64,000 nt of DNA, from positions 10,974,001 to 11,038,000 of the forward strand of contig NC_043000.1 in assembly GCF_006345805.1 (NCBI RefSeq). Reading direction: 5' to 3'. A program made the translations under genes and the position numbers. Each line of letters starts with the position of its first letter. Position 1 is the stretch's first letter. The notes beneath the pieces are model-generated. The model saw only the letters and a list, made by a program, of their open reading frames with translations. It made no database searches and had not been told where the DNA came from. This document shows, one piece after another, positions 49,713 to 62,976 of the stretch. Source of the stretch: Octopus sinensis. Lineage: Eukaryota.

Positions 49713-52700
49713 TGCTATAAATGATATATGATCAGTGTTGTGTGATGCGAAAATGGGCCTTTATCAAGAGTTTCTTACATCATCTGTTGTAATGTAATGT
49801 TATAATGACTATAAATAACTTTAGATAATACAAAGCTCTTCCATGTATTTCTCATTATTTTTTTAACATTTCCCATATTTTAATGTGTATAAGGAACCCC
49901 TAATTTTGGGGTTTTTTAATTTTTGAAAAATGGTTTTGTAAGGGATTATAATACTATCCATGTATAAGAAACTCCCATACTTCTTAAACCTAATTATTGA
50001 CAAAAAAGGGTTCCTTAAAATACAGTATATATAAAGTATGTCTTGTATGTATCATTAGATGTGTGACAGCTACTGTCGAGTTTAGACCTCCATGTAGATA
50101 ATCATCACTCTGTCTGCTTCCAGTATAAGGGTTTCAATGATTTGACTGCTGTATTTAGTAATATTACTGGTTATGATGTACTGAGCTAATGTCAGAGAAA
50201 TTATGATAAACACATCATTATCATCATCGTTATACATCCATTTTCCTTGCTGTGATGGGTTGGATGGTTTGGCCGGGGTCTGGGAAGCCAGGAGGCTGCG
50301 CCAGGCTCCAGTCTGATCTGGCAGTGTTTCTACAGCTGGATGCCCTTCCTAACGCCAACCACTCCAAGAGTGTAGTGGGTGCTTTCTATGTGCCACCGGC
50401 ACAGGGGCCAGACGAGGCTGGCAAATGGCCATGGTTTGTTGGTGCTTTTTACATGTCACTGACATGGACCTCAGTCAGGTGGCGCTGGCATCATCCACGT
50501 TTCAGCTGAATATACGTCATTGATTGGTTGAAATTACTGAAATATGACAACCTTAACAAAAAATAACTTCCAAAATACAGAATTTTTTCAACAACACCAA
50601 GAGTAAAAGATGTTTTATGTGACACATTCTACAAGTATACAAAGTTTGAAAGTGTTTAGTTAAAAAAAATTATTTTTTAAATCTGTCGGTCAAAAGGTAA
50701 AGTTCCATAAATGGTATAGATTTGTGTTTATTGGAATTTCTCAAATATATCTCTTTTCTTTTACTTGTTTCAGTCATTGGATTGGAGCCATGCTGGGGCA
50801 CTGCTTTGAACGAATCAACCCCAGTACTTATTTTGTTGAAGCCTGGTACTTATTCTTTTAGTTTCTTCTGCTGAACCACCAAGTTACAGGAACATAAACA
50901 AACCAATACCAGCTGTCAAGTGGTGGTGGGAACAGACATAAATAGAAAGACACACACACAGAAATATGTACCTGTATATATATACAATGAACTTATTTTA
51001 GTTCCTGCTTACCAAATCCAATCACATGCCCTTGGTCAGCCCAGGGCTGTAGGAGAAGACATTTACTCAAAGTGCCACACAGTGGGACTGAACCTGTATC
51101 ATGTGGTTGGGAAGCAAACTTCTTGCCACACAGCCATGCCTGCACCTATTTACACACATACACACACACGCATGCATGCTCACTGCTTGTATTTATTAGT
51201 ATTTTTCAATAAAATATTTCAAAATGCTTTTTAGTTTGAGTTATAACTGATTTGGTTTATAATTTGTTTTTGTTGTTTGTTTATTGCAGATTATCTTCTG
51301 ATTTAGCCGATCTATAATCAGATATTCCCACTTGACATTTAATTTGTAGGTAGAAACAATAGCATGATGTCGAGGATTAATTAGCGTGTATGTCCATTCT
51401 TTTAAAGATGCCAAGATTTAAGTAGTTTTAAGGAAAATTTGGCTAATATTTCTAGCAGAATGATTGACTTGTAGTAGCTCCTCTGTTGGCTGGTTTGAGT
51501 TATAATTAATAATTACATCACTAGGTAAGACAAGCTGACACTGAATCAGCTTCGCTGACTGACAGGTGACAATCGTTTAGAGAATGCGCGGGCTAAGACT
51601 ACGCGCCTTCACTAGTCAGTTAAGGTGAGACAGTGTCACGTGACAACTTGCTTGGGCTGCCTACTGGAGCCTAGTAGCAGGTATTTAAAGGGAAAAATTT
51701 GACAAGTCAGTCAGTCACCGGCTGACACTCGCTGACGATACATCGAAGAGGCCAGGGAACATAAGAAAGAAGACATGCACCCAACACCAGAGCTGAAGAC
51801 ACCTCCGAAAGTGTGGGGGGGGGCCGCCACGTCAAAACGGTAGAGGAGTAGGGGCCGAAACCGGACGTGGTTCCTCCTGATGATGTCTTGAGCTAACTGG
51901 ATCCTATAAAGGAGCTTTTGTGGTAGCAGACCACGAAACACGGTTGTAATTCCTGTTGCTAATAGATGTAAAACTTACTTTTCTAATCTACTGGCCTTGC
52001 AAACACTGAAGGAAGCATACAACCTTTCCTCTCGTTATTACTCCTTCAATACTTCTAGATATCTAACTTGAATAGTCTCATCACAAGGAATATCTGTTCT
52101 CTACCTAAATTATAATATTTGATGCTGTCATTGTTTAGCTCCAGTTGAAAAATGATTGATCAGGCTTCAGCTATCAGCATCCTATCTTATTTTTGGAGAT
52201 TGTATAGCTGTGTGTTAAGAAGTTTACTTCCCAGCCCCATAGTGTTAGATTCAGCCCCACTGTGTGACACTTTGGGAAAGTGTTTTCTACTATTAATGGA
52301 CCGGCTAGTGGCCGTTCGCCAGCCTCGTCTGGCACCTGTGTCGGTGGCACATAAAATCACCCACTACACTCTCGGAGTGGTTGGCGTTAGGAAGGGCATC
52401 CAGCTGTAGAAACACTGCCAGATCTGACTGGTCTGGTGCAGCCTTCAGGCTTCCCAGACCCCAGTTGAACCGTCCAACCCATGCTAGCATGGAAAGCGGA
52501 CGTTAAACGATGATGATGATGATGATTAACTAGAGGCAATTCTTTCTTTCTCTCTGAATTGGTTATATTTCATTATAAGAAATATTGTGAAGAACCATTT
52601 GCAGGGAGGGAAAGTGTGAGGAATGCATGGTGTTGACTGGAAAGGATGAAGGTGGCATCATCTTTGCTCAAATACGAATAGAACAGAGTGGTGACATTTA

Positions 52701-54314
52701 GTAGAGATGACCTGGATGTAGTTCCTCTTTGATTACTATTGCAAACAACAGTAGCTTTCTTCAACTGAATACATATCGTTGATTGGTTGAAATTACCCAG
52801 ATATGACAACTTTAACAGGAAATAGCTTCTAAAATACCAAATTTTGTCAAAAATGTTCAAAGTAAACTGTGTTCTACATGAGATTCCACCAGTATATAAA
52901 GTTTCAAACTGTTTGGTTAAAAAAAATTAATTAAAAAAATCTGTGCACCAAACTGAACAGATCCCAAAATTCTAATTAGTCACAGTTCGTCAATGCTCAG
53001 AACAATACTAAAACTGTAGTATGAAAGATGTTTTACTAGGGTCAGTACAGTCATGCCTTTACACAACCTCTCAGCACCAAATGTCAAGAGTTCACATTTT
53101 GGAGAGAGGCTTCTTATTTCTTTACTGCCCACAAGGGGCTAAACACAGAGAGGACGAACAAGGACAGACAAACTGATTAAGTCGGTTACATCAACCCCAG
53201 TGTGTAACTGGTACTTAATTTATCGACCCTGAAAGGATGAAAGGCAAAGTCGACCTCGGCGGAATTTGAACTCAGACGTAACGGCAGACGAAATACGGCT
53301 ATGCATTTCGCCCGGTATGCTAACATTTCTGCCAGCTTGCCACAGCAGTCATATTTCTTGTTTATATTGGAGAGAGGCTTCTGCACATGATTATCAGGAT
53401 TTGGAACAGACTTCCAAGGATTATCACAAGAGGCATTTTCGTCAACAAAGTATAAGCTTTTAAATTGTGTGTGAGCAAACACTCCTTGTTATTTTTGCCA
53501 TTGGAAATGCAATGAACTCAGTGACTGGCCTGTTGAAAATCTATAATTAACAACTGTTTACAAATATATGATAGAGATGGAAGAATGTAAAAGAAAATGG
53601 TTAAAGCAGTCATATTTGTTGTCTGTATTATGACCAATTAAGACAGTGCAAAACACTGAACTTGTTAGCTTTATTAACAAATGCCCGGTTTTTTTTTTCT
53701 AAAAGTTTCCATCTTTGGCTATAGATAAGTGTCAAGTTGTGTTATATAGGTGAAAAAATGTTTTCATTATGAGACTTGTTAAAAAGCTTAGAAACTGAAG
53801 AAGAAAAAGATGATGTAAACAAACAATTAGAGTACCAAAACAAAAAAAAATGGTTCACTTGAACAATATTGATTTTTCTTTATATTTTTAGGTATTTAAA
53901 CCTGACCCAGTTGGTCACAAATAATGGAAAACCTTTAGGGAGATCTTGCCAAAGTCTATTGTCTGAGCATCTTCCCTGTAATATATTGCACGTGTGTAGC
54001 TGGTGTTCCATTTTACAGTCAAGAGTCTACTTTGCAGTAACAGGAACTTCCAATGTGTGTATGAAAGGAGCTGTAGATACCTTGTAGCTATGCACTCTCA
54101 AACTACCCTTTATTTTTATATTTATAGATGGAGATTTTTTGTACATTTGAAAACATTGCACACATACACATGTACACACACATGCACACACAAACACACA
54201 TGCACACACAAACACACATGCACAAGCATTTGCACATACATGTGCACACATGTACACACACAAGCACATGCACACATGCACACACAAACACACACACATA
54301 CACAAACACAGACA

Positions 54315-54373
<59 letters not shown>

Positions 54374-54873
54374 GCATATGTACGATGGGCTTCTTTCAGT
54401 TTCCGTCTACCAAATCCACTCACAAGGCTTTAGTCGGCCCAAGGCTATAGCAGAAGACACTTCACCAAGGTGCCACGCAGTGGGACTGAACCTGGGACCA
54501 TGTGGTTGGTAAGCAAGCTACTTACCACACAGTCACTCCTGCACACACATGCAACACACACACACACACACATGCATCACATTTAGACTACAAACTGTGA
54601 ATTAAGGGGAAACAAAAAAAATAGCTGGTCCGTCACTCCATGAATTCTGCCATTTCATCAAACTCTAGTAACACTTTCAAATTTTGGCACATGGCTAGCA
54701 ATTCTGATGGAAGTGAGTTAGTAAATGATATCGACAAGCCCCCACCCCACCCCCAGGGCTTGATTTATCGACCTTAAAAAGATGAAAGGCAAAATCAACC
54801 TCAGCTGAATTTAAAAAGCCAGAAGGAATGCCACTAAACATTTTATCCAAAGCACTAATGATTCTGCCTACCC

Positions 54874-54904
<31 letters not shown>

Positions 54905-55849
54905 ATTATAGGCACAGAACCCTGGAATTTGGGGGAATGGGGATAGTTGATTACTTTACCCCCAAAGCTCAACTGGTACTGTTTTATCAACCCCAAAAGG
55001 ATCAAAGACAAAGTTAACCTTGGCAGCATTTGAACTCAGAATGTTAAGTCAGAAGTAATGCTGCTGAGCATTTTATCGAATAGGTTAATGATTTTGCCAG
55101 CTTGCTGTCATCTTATCCCCATCTAATAATAATAATAATAATATAATAATAATTTCTATAAAGGCTTCTTCTTTATTTTCATTCCATGCTGTTCTAGATC
55201 ACTCTTTTCTTAGACAGTTCCAGTAGAATAACGGTTTTCTTCTGTGATGAGGTCGCTCCTTACATACCTTCTTCATTTATGGAGAAGAGAAAACTGAGTT
55301 GTTCTTACGACTCTTCCTACAATACAATGTGGATGATTCTGAGAGAGAGAGAAAGAAGCAGAAGAAGAAGAATCGATGCTAGTACTTTATTGGTACTTTA
55401 TTTGTCAATTTTAGATGGCTGGAAGACTTTCACAGGATTTGGACTCTGAGTGTAGAAAGCTACAATAAATTCCAGAAGTCATTCTATCAGATGTTCCACT
55501 GACTATTAACTTGTTTCTTGTCTAATATCGGCAGAAGATCACACATTTTGGGTGAAGTACAGCTTATTAGATTCACCACTGTATTTGCGATACCGATCCT
55601 AGAAAGATGAAAGAATTACCATAGTAAAATTTGAACTTTGTAGGTTAGCAACATTGGAAGATATTTAGTCTGAGCTTCTACCAATTCTACCATCCACTGC
55701 CTTTTACAATGATTGTTTGTAATGTAAGCACAAGACCAGAGCTTTGGAAGAAGGACATTAATTGATAAACACTTTTGTTACTATATTTATGTTGAAATAC
55801 ACCACCAGTGTTAAAAAGGATTTTGAAAATAATAAAGATTGTATTAAGA

Positions 55850-56945
55850 TATTAGGTTGTCAAGAAGTCTTGTGGAATTTTTAATTTTGGTTTTAAATGA
55901 TGTATTTTCAAATTAATTTTCGATAAATTACTTTTACTTTATATATAATTTTAAAGTCCGTTTTTCGCTCTATCTAATCGTGTTGCTCTTTTTCTTTTTG
56001 AATAATTAGGCCATTTTTTTCCGGAATGTTGAATACAACATTGACAAAAAGCAAATTCGCACAATTTTCTTATTCCAGTTCAAGCTAGGCCGAAAAGCTG
56101 CTGAAACAGCTCGCGATATCAACCACTAATGAACGTACAGCACAATGGTGGTCCAAGAAATTTTGTAGTGGTGACGAGAGTCTTGAAGATGATAAGCATA
56201 GTGGTTGACCATCAGATGTTGACAACAATCAACTAAGAGCCTTAGTGGAAGCCAATCCATGCACACGTGTTCGAGAGCTTGCTTCTGAATTAGACATAAC
56301 ATATACGACAATTTCCAACCACTTGAAAGAAGTTGGAAAAACAAATATACTTGAGAAATGGGTGCCACGTGAACGACAACCAAAAAACGCCGTCTTGAAC
56401 AACAACCAAATAAACGCCGTTTTGAAGTGTCGTCTTCCCTTCTTTTACACAACAAGAATGACCCATTTCTTGACTGGATTGTGACTTGTGATGAAAAGTG
56501 GATTCTCTACGACAACTGACAACACTCAGCTCAGTGGTTGGATGCCGACGAAGCTCCACAGCACTTCCCAAAGCCAAAGTTGCACCAAAAGAAAGTCATG
56601 GTGACTGTTTGGTGGTTTGCGGCCAGTCTCATCAATCACAGCTATTGTATCCAGGTGAAACCATTATGGCAGAGAAGTACTGTCAGCAAATGGATGAAAT
56701 GCATAGGAAACTCCAACAACAACAGCCAGCATTGGTCAATAGAAAAGGACCAATTCTTCTCCATGACAACGCTCGGCCGCATGTCACACAACTGACCCTG
56801 CAGGAGTTGAATGAATTGGGATACAAAACTCTGCCTCATTCGCCTTACTCACCAGACCTCTCGCTTACCGACTACCACTTTTTCAAGCATCTCAACAACT
56901 TCCTGCATGAGAAATGCTTCAAAAACCTAGACGATGCCAAACATG
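55850..56945 (+). mobile_element. Degraded mariner (Hsmar1/cecropia-like) transposon: 5' TIR-like end and disrupted transposase, 3'-truncated
   Basis: TATTAGGTTGTC... TIR-like start. Frames give KKQIRTIFLFQFKLGRKAAETARDIN, WVPRE, IVTCDEKWILYDN, PKPKLHQKKVMVTVWW, LLHDNARPHV, LPHSPYSPDLSLTDYHFF, with stops, frameshifts and a deletion. Confidence 0.92.
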
Positions 56946-57325
56946 CCTATTTTTATTTTCCTAAAATTTTCGTTGCGTCTTGCAACCTTTTCAATAGTCT
57001 AACTCATATAAAGAATCTTGCAAACCAAATCCCAAAACGAAAGGTAAAAAATTACTAAAGACAAAATTTGTAAATCTACTCCATACATTGCAAGTTAATG
57101 ACTTCCTGGTGCCTGATGGGATCTAGTTAAACTTTCTATATCAGGTTGGGCAACTGTTGAGAACCTCTGCAGTAGAGTGTTGTGAGTACATGACAGTAGA
57201 GTAGAGTTACATGACAACATTCCAGATATCAGGTGTCCAGGCTTATTCTTTGTTTAATTCAGGAATGCTTCAAAGCTATGGGTAGAGCTATGGGAAAATG
57301 TGTCTGACATAAAATGGCACATTTA

Positions 57326-57425
57326 CATCATCATCATCATCATCATCATCATCACCATCACCATCATCATAATCATCATCATCACCATCACCATCATCAT
57401 CATCATCACCATCACCATCATCGTT

Positions 57426-57456
<31 letters not shown>

Positions 57457-57486
57457 CCATCATCGTCATCGTCGTCGTCATCGTCG

Positions 57487-57520
<34 letters not shown>
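57326..57520. repeat. (CAT)n expanded tail of a minus-strand RTE 3' end
   Basis: Degenerate CAT/CAC/CGT trinucleotide run continuing into ttaatgtccatcttccatgttggcatg. Confidence 0.9.
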
Positions 57521-57836
57521 TTAATGTCCATCTTCCATGTTGGCATGAGTTGTATGGTTTGACAGGAGCTGGCCAGGAAGACTACACCAAGCTACTGTGT
57601 CTGTTTTGGCATGATTTTTATGGCTGGGTGCCCTTCCTAACACCAACCACCCCATAGTGTGGTCTGAGTGCCTTTTTACCTGGCACCACCACAGGTAAGA
57701 TCAGCTTCAGCATGGTTTTTACAGCTGAATGCCCTTCCTAATTGCCAACCACTTCAGAGTGTGAACTGGATGCTTTTTTTACCTGGCACCAACACTGGCA
57801 GGTTCACTAAGTAACTTGCAAGACAGTTTTCGAAAA

Positions 57837-58913
57837 TTTTCACTGAAAATTTTCACCGAATATTTTCTCCAAAAATTTTTCGAAAATTTTCACTGAATAT
57901 TTTCGGCAAAAATTTTCGAAAATTTTCACCGAAAATTTCCCCCCAAAATTTTTCGAAAATGTTAACCGAAAATTTTACCCAAAAATTTTTCGAAAATTTT
58001 TCAGAAATTGGCACCGCTGACTTTCCATACTTTGTGATTTGGGCATCGCTGTCTTTCCGTACTTTGTGATTTTGGCACCACTGGCCTTCCATACTTTGTG
58101 ATTTTGGCACCAAAAATTTACCCAAAAATTTTCCGAAAATTTTAACCCAAAAAGTTTTGGAAAATTTCACCTAAAAAGTTTTCGAAAATTTTCACTGAAT
58201 ATTTTCCCCAAAAATTTTTCGAAAATGTTAACCGAAAATTTTACCCAAAAATTTTGCAGACATGTCACCAAAAGTTTTTCAAAAATTTTTCAGAAATTGT
58301 GATTTGGGCACCGCTGTCTTTCCGTACTTTGCGATTTTGGCACCAATGGCCTTCCATACTTTACCCAAAAATTTTGCGAAATTTTCACCTAAAAAGTTTT
58401 CGAAAATTTTCACTGAAAATTTTCACCGAAAACTTTACCCAAAAACTTACCGAAAATTTCACCTAAAAAGTTTTCGTAAATTTTCACCGAAAACTTTACC
58501 CAAAAATTTACCGAAAATTTTCACCGAAAATATCAAGTAATGAGTTTTCGAAAATTTTCACTAAAAATTTTCACCGAAAATTTTACTCAAAAATTTTTAC
58601 CAAAAATTTTTCGAAAATGTTAACCGAAAATTTTACCCAAAAATTTTTCGAACATTTCACCAAAAATTTTTCGAAAATTTTCACCGAAAATGTTACCCGA
58701 AAATTTTTCGGAAATTGGCACCGCTGTCTTTCCATACTTTGTGATTTTGGCACCACTGGCCTTCAATACATTGTGATTTTGGCACCACTGGCATTCCATA
58801 CTTTGTGATTTTGGCACCGCTGGCCTTCCATACTTTGTGATTTTGGCACCGCTGGCTTTCCTTACTTTTTCGAAATTTTCCCCCCAAAATTTGGAGAAAA
58901 CTTTCACCGAAAA
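57837..58913. repeat. Compound satellite: A/T-tract blocks (gaaaattttcaccgaaaattttcg...) alternating with a 32-bp unit
   Basis: 32-bp unit ggcacc(a/g)ctggccttccatactttgtgatttt (starts at 58749, 58781) in blocks between A/T-tract blocks. Confidence 0.85.
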
Positions 58914-59234
58914 GGAATGCCGACAGAGATCAAAGGGGAGTACCGACATAGATCAAAGAGGAGTGCCGACAGAGATCAAAGAGGAATACCGACAGAGATC
59001 AAAGAGGAATGCCGACAGAGATCAAAGAGGAATGCCGACAGAGATCAAAGGGGGGTACCGACAGAGATCAAAGAGGAATGTCGTCAGAGATCAAAGAGGA
59101 GAGATCAAAAGGGAGTACTGCCGACATAGATCAAATAGGAGTACCGACAGAGATCAAAGAGGAATTCCGACAGAGATCAAAGGGGAGTACCGACAGAGAT
59201 CAAAGGGGAGTACCGACAGAGATCAAAGAGGAAT
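58914..59234. repeat. 23-bp minisatellite running into the assembly gap
   Basis: Unit gccgacagagatcaaagaggaat with variants; about 14 copies visible. Confidence 0.9.
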
Positions 59235-59334
59235 NNNNNNNNNNNNNNNNNNNNNNNNNNNNNNNNNNNNNNNNNNNNNNNNNNNNNNNNNNNNNNNNNN
59301 NNNNNNNNNNNNNNNNNNNNNNNNNNNNNNNNNN
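59235..59334. other. Assembly gap (100 N)
   Basis: Run of exactly 100 N; the true distance is unknown. Confidence 1.
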
Positions 59335-59383
<49 letters not shown>

Positions 59384-59895
59384 TATATATAGATGAGTGT
59401 ATTTTTACCTTGTTAACACGGAAAAATAAATAAATAGTTACCAGGGCAGCAAAAATCTCACAAGTAAAGATGTTGTAACTCCTTGTTTATAAAGGTTGAA
59501 ACTTCGTGTTTACGTTGAATATTTTGAATAATATGAATAAAAAATGGAGTTAACGCAGGTTTAAACAAGTATTTTAATATATATATATATATATATGTGG
59601 AGGCACAATGGCTCTGTAGTTAGGACAGAGGACTCGCGGTCGTAGGATCGTGGTTTCGATTCCCAGACCGGGCGTTGTGAGTGTTCATTGAGCGAAAACA
59701 CCTAAAGCTCCACGAGGCCTCAGCAGGGGGTGGTGGCGATCCCTGCTGTACTCTTTCGCCACAACTTTCGCCACAACTTGGCCTGCTCACTTAGCCAGTG
59801 GGGTGGCATCATTTGAAGGCTAAAACAATGCAAAGCGCATTGTGACCAGCGATGTGTAGCAACATCTGATAGCCTGGTCAGTCATAGTGATCATG

Positions 59896-59929
<34 letters not shown>

Positions 59930-59930
<1 letters not shown>

Positions 59931-62900
59931 TTTATTTTAAGCAGCAGAAAATTCAACAAAATCTGTTACTCTGAGTTTCTCGTTGCCGTTCATCAGACAG
60001 TTTTTGCTAGAATGGAACCGATATATCAATTCAATCTAGACTCTTACAAACGCTACACCTTTAAAAAGAAATGGACTTGCTTGATTGGCCCTTTAGAAAA
60101 AACGGTCAATCTTCGAGCGATAAACAAAAAGGTCAAAAATATATGTATATATATATATAAAAACTTATAAAAATTATAAAATCCGAGGAAAAAACCTTAC
60201 ATTGAATAAAATACATATTGACGTTAATGAAGAAAGTATAAATTAATGCATAGAAATTAAACCTGTTATAAATATTACACTGCAATACATATTTATATTA
60301 AAATGTACATATATATATCAACATACACAGAAGGATGCGTGCAAACACCATACATATACAGACGTATAAATATAAATCTAAATATATACATAAATGCATG
60401 CGTACATATATTCACGCAAACCATCTCGCACGCAAGTTAAAAACATCTATGTAGCAATTCTCATATACTGAGTAAAGGGGGGGGGGCGAAAGAAAGGAAG
60501 AGAGAGAAAAAGGAACGAAGGAGGGGTGGGGGAAAAACGAAATAAGAAAAAATTATGTATACAAGCTGTGTAACGGCATTATTGACATATATGGAGACAA
60601 GTATACAGATACACAAGTTCGAATGGATACATATACATACAGTCGTGTATATGTGTGCTTAAGCACAAACATACGTTCACTTACACATACACAGATACGC
60701 ATGCTTACAAATACATATCCATGGCTATACACATACTTATATAAAAATTCTAATTTTTGACAACATTGCTTTTTTTTAAAAAAACATTGTTTTTTTTAAA
60801 AAGGTGGGTGCACTAATAAAAATATATACGAAAGACATATAAAATAAAATATAACACCCTATTTTGATCATTTATAAATAATCAAGGTAATCCTATACAA
60901 TACAATAACATGAAATAAACAAAGTCGAAGGTTTTTCCTAATGTATATGTAGAAACATAAGACTTTGCTATACGGATTAAAATCCGCATAGTTTGAAACA
61001 AAAACAAATCCATCGTAGCGCTCACAGTTCAAGAGTCAAAATCAAAATTTCAAAAATCAAAAATACAAAATATATACTCTATCCATATGTTATATTTATA
61101 TTCGACATTTTAAATTTAGCCGCGTGCCTACATAAGTTCATTAGCTCACTTCTTTGATTCAAAGAATTATTGTCTTTGAATAAGATGTACATTTTCTCTA
61201 ATAGGCAAAGTTTGCACTTGAAATTATTTTTGTATGCTCCATGCTTGTATGGTGCCGCCCTGTCCAGAATGCTCCATGTCACGTTGAAAGGTGGGGTTTC
61301 CTTTTCTTTTAGTTCCCAGACATATTTTGCTAGGCTGGTCCTCTTCCTATTCTCTGGGTATTTAAATGAATTTTTATGAGAATAAAATCTTGTTTTAAAT
61401 GAATTTTCTGAAGCCCCTGTGTATGTCTTGTATTCCGATGAGCCTTCCACTTGCACCTTGGCTCTATAAACTACTCCTTTCACTAGACATTTCCCTTCTA
61501 ACGGACAGGAGCTTTCGTTTTTGTAATTGCATTTCTTAATGGGCTCGGCACCATGTCTAATCTCAATTAGCTTCCTATTATGTTGGCTAATGTAAGAGGC
61601 GAAATTTCTGCAACAAGAATAGCTAACCTTCAGGGTTCTTCTATTAAATATCCTATAGAATTTATGACCCTGCTTAAAATGCTTAGAGACTAATCTCAAA
61701 AATTCCTTACCTATATTAGTCTTTACGGCCAAATTGAAAGCCGGGTTGAACCACAAAACTTTCCTGGTCCTAGTTCTTCGTGCAGCATTATTATCAGCAT
61801 TAAGCTGGTTGTACTGGATCTTCTCAGAGAATCCACTATTCTTTAATGCGCTATCGTAATAATGTGCAGCATTATGGAATGCTGCCTCGTCCGAAGAAAT
61901 TGAAGATATTCTTCTACCTACATTGCTGACTAAGTTCCTAAGGATAACTGGTGGATGGTTCGAATCTTTGCTAATATACGATAGCTTTTCATTGGGCTTA
62001 CGGAAAGGTTTAAATCTATCCGACCTTACATTAAAATTTACGTCTAAAAAATCTACACTATTCAGGTTAGCATCTATCGTAACCCGTAAGCCCATCCTTT
62101 GAAAGAAAGCTATAAGGTCCTTCCTAAGTCTATCTGATTCATGGCCGTTTAGATTATGCGTGGCTCTAAGGCCGTCATCCCTATATAAACCTGCATCTAT
62201 AAATGGGAATTCTATTTTTAGATTATGGAGAATAAAGGCTCCTATGAGCATACATAACTCAGCCCCGTCGTATGCCCCCATCGGTACATCGAAAAGAGAA
62301 TCCTCAGTCTTCTTAATCCAGGTGGAATCCTCGAAAAAAAGAAGCGATTTCCTCGCATGCATAATAATATCAATTTCCGAGCTATCGATGTTGACATACT
62401 GCTTGGCGAAGTCCAATGCCCTTAGGAGCAACGTCCTAGATATTGACGGGTAAAAGTCAATAATGTCGAATTGTGTGAAACTACAATTATTCTTATGGCT
62501 AATACCTTTAAACCACTCTATGACTGACTTACTATTCTTCCAAATTCTCAAGTCTACTTTACTATCTAACTTAACTAAAATACGGTCCAAAATATTTTTG
62601 CTAATAATTCCTATCTCAGTTTTAGCCGGATTTATCAATCTACATTTGGGGTTTCTACTAAAATTGGCTTTATGGTCTTTCAGAGTAATAAAAGCTGGTC
62701 GTGGTGAAAGATATTCAATCCTATCGCTAATCTTAAGATCGTTAGCTATTCCTCTTGCTTCTAAGTTCACCTCTTTGTATATATTCGTGTTGTCTTTTTT
62801 GTATGTGTCTGTGACACTATTCGAAATCAGGCGCTTATAAACGTCCTTATCAAGTGCATATAAGTTCCTTGTCTTATCAGAATTAACGAAGATCTTATTC

Positions 62901-62976
62901 GAGTCGTTAATCTTCTTAATTTTTTCTCTCATATTTCTCTGTAATTGGTTGGTATATTTGCGGAATTTAATTTTCC
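59930..62976 (-). mobile_element. Penelope-like retroelement (Neptune-type), 5'-truncated, flanked by (TA)n on both sides
   Basis: Contains the RT + GIY-YIG ORF (61079-62995), a ~1.1-kb 3' region, a hammerhead motif at 59955-60007 and AATAAA just before the (TA)n at 59900-59929. Its other end abuts (TA)n at 62977-62992. Confidence 0.9.
59955..60007 (-). ncRNA. Minimal type I hammerhead ribozyme motif in the Penelope-like element
   Basis: Minus strand: GCAAAAACUGU CUGAUGA A-CG-GCAA-CG-A GAAA CUCAGAG UA ACAG AUUUUGU. Canonical CUGAUGA/GAAA core, stem I CUGU/ACAG extended by AAAA/UUUU, short stem III, GUA cleavage triplet. Confidence 0.8.

Noticed and set aside
51854-51955. Hammerhead candidate (CTGATGA...CGAAAC...GTA) in the unclassified element
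   Set aside because: Stem I strands are not complementary and stem II does not close next to the core.
58837-59433. Repetitive 198-aa ORF (RQRSK...DRDQRG)
   Set aside because: Product of the 23-bp satellite read through an N gap.
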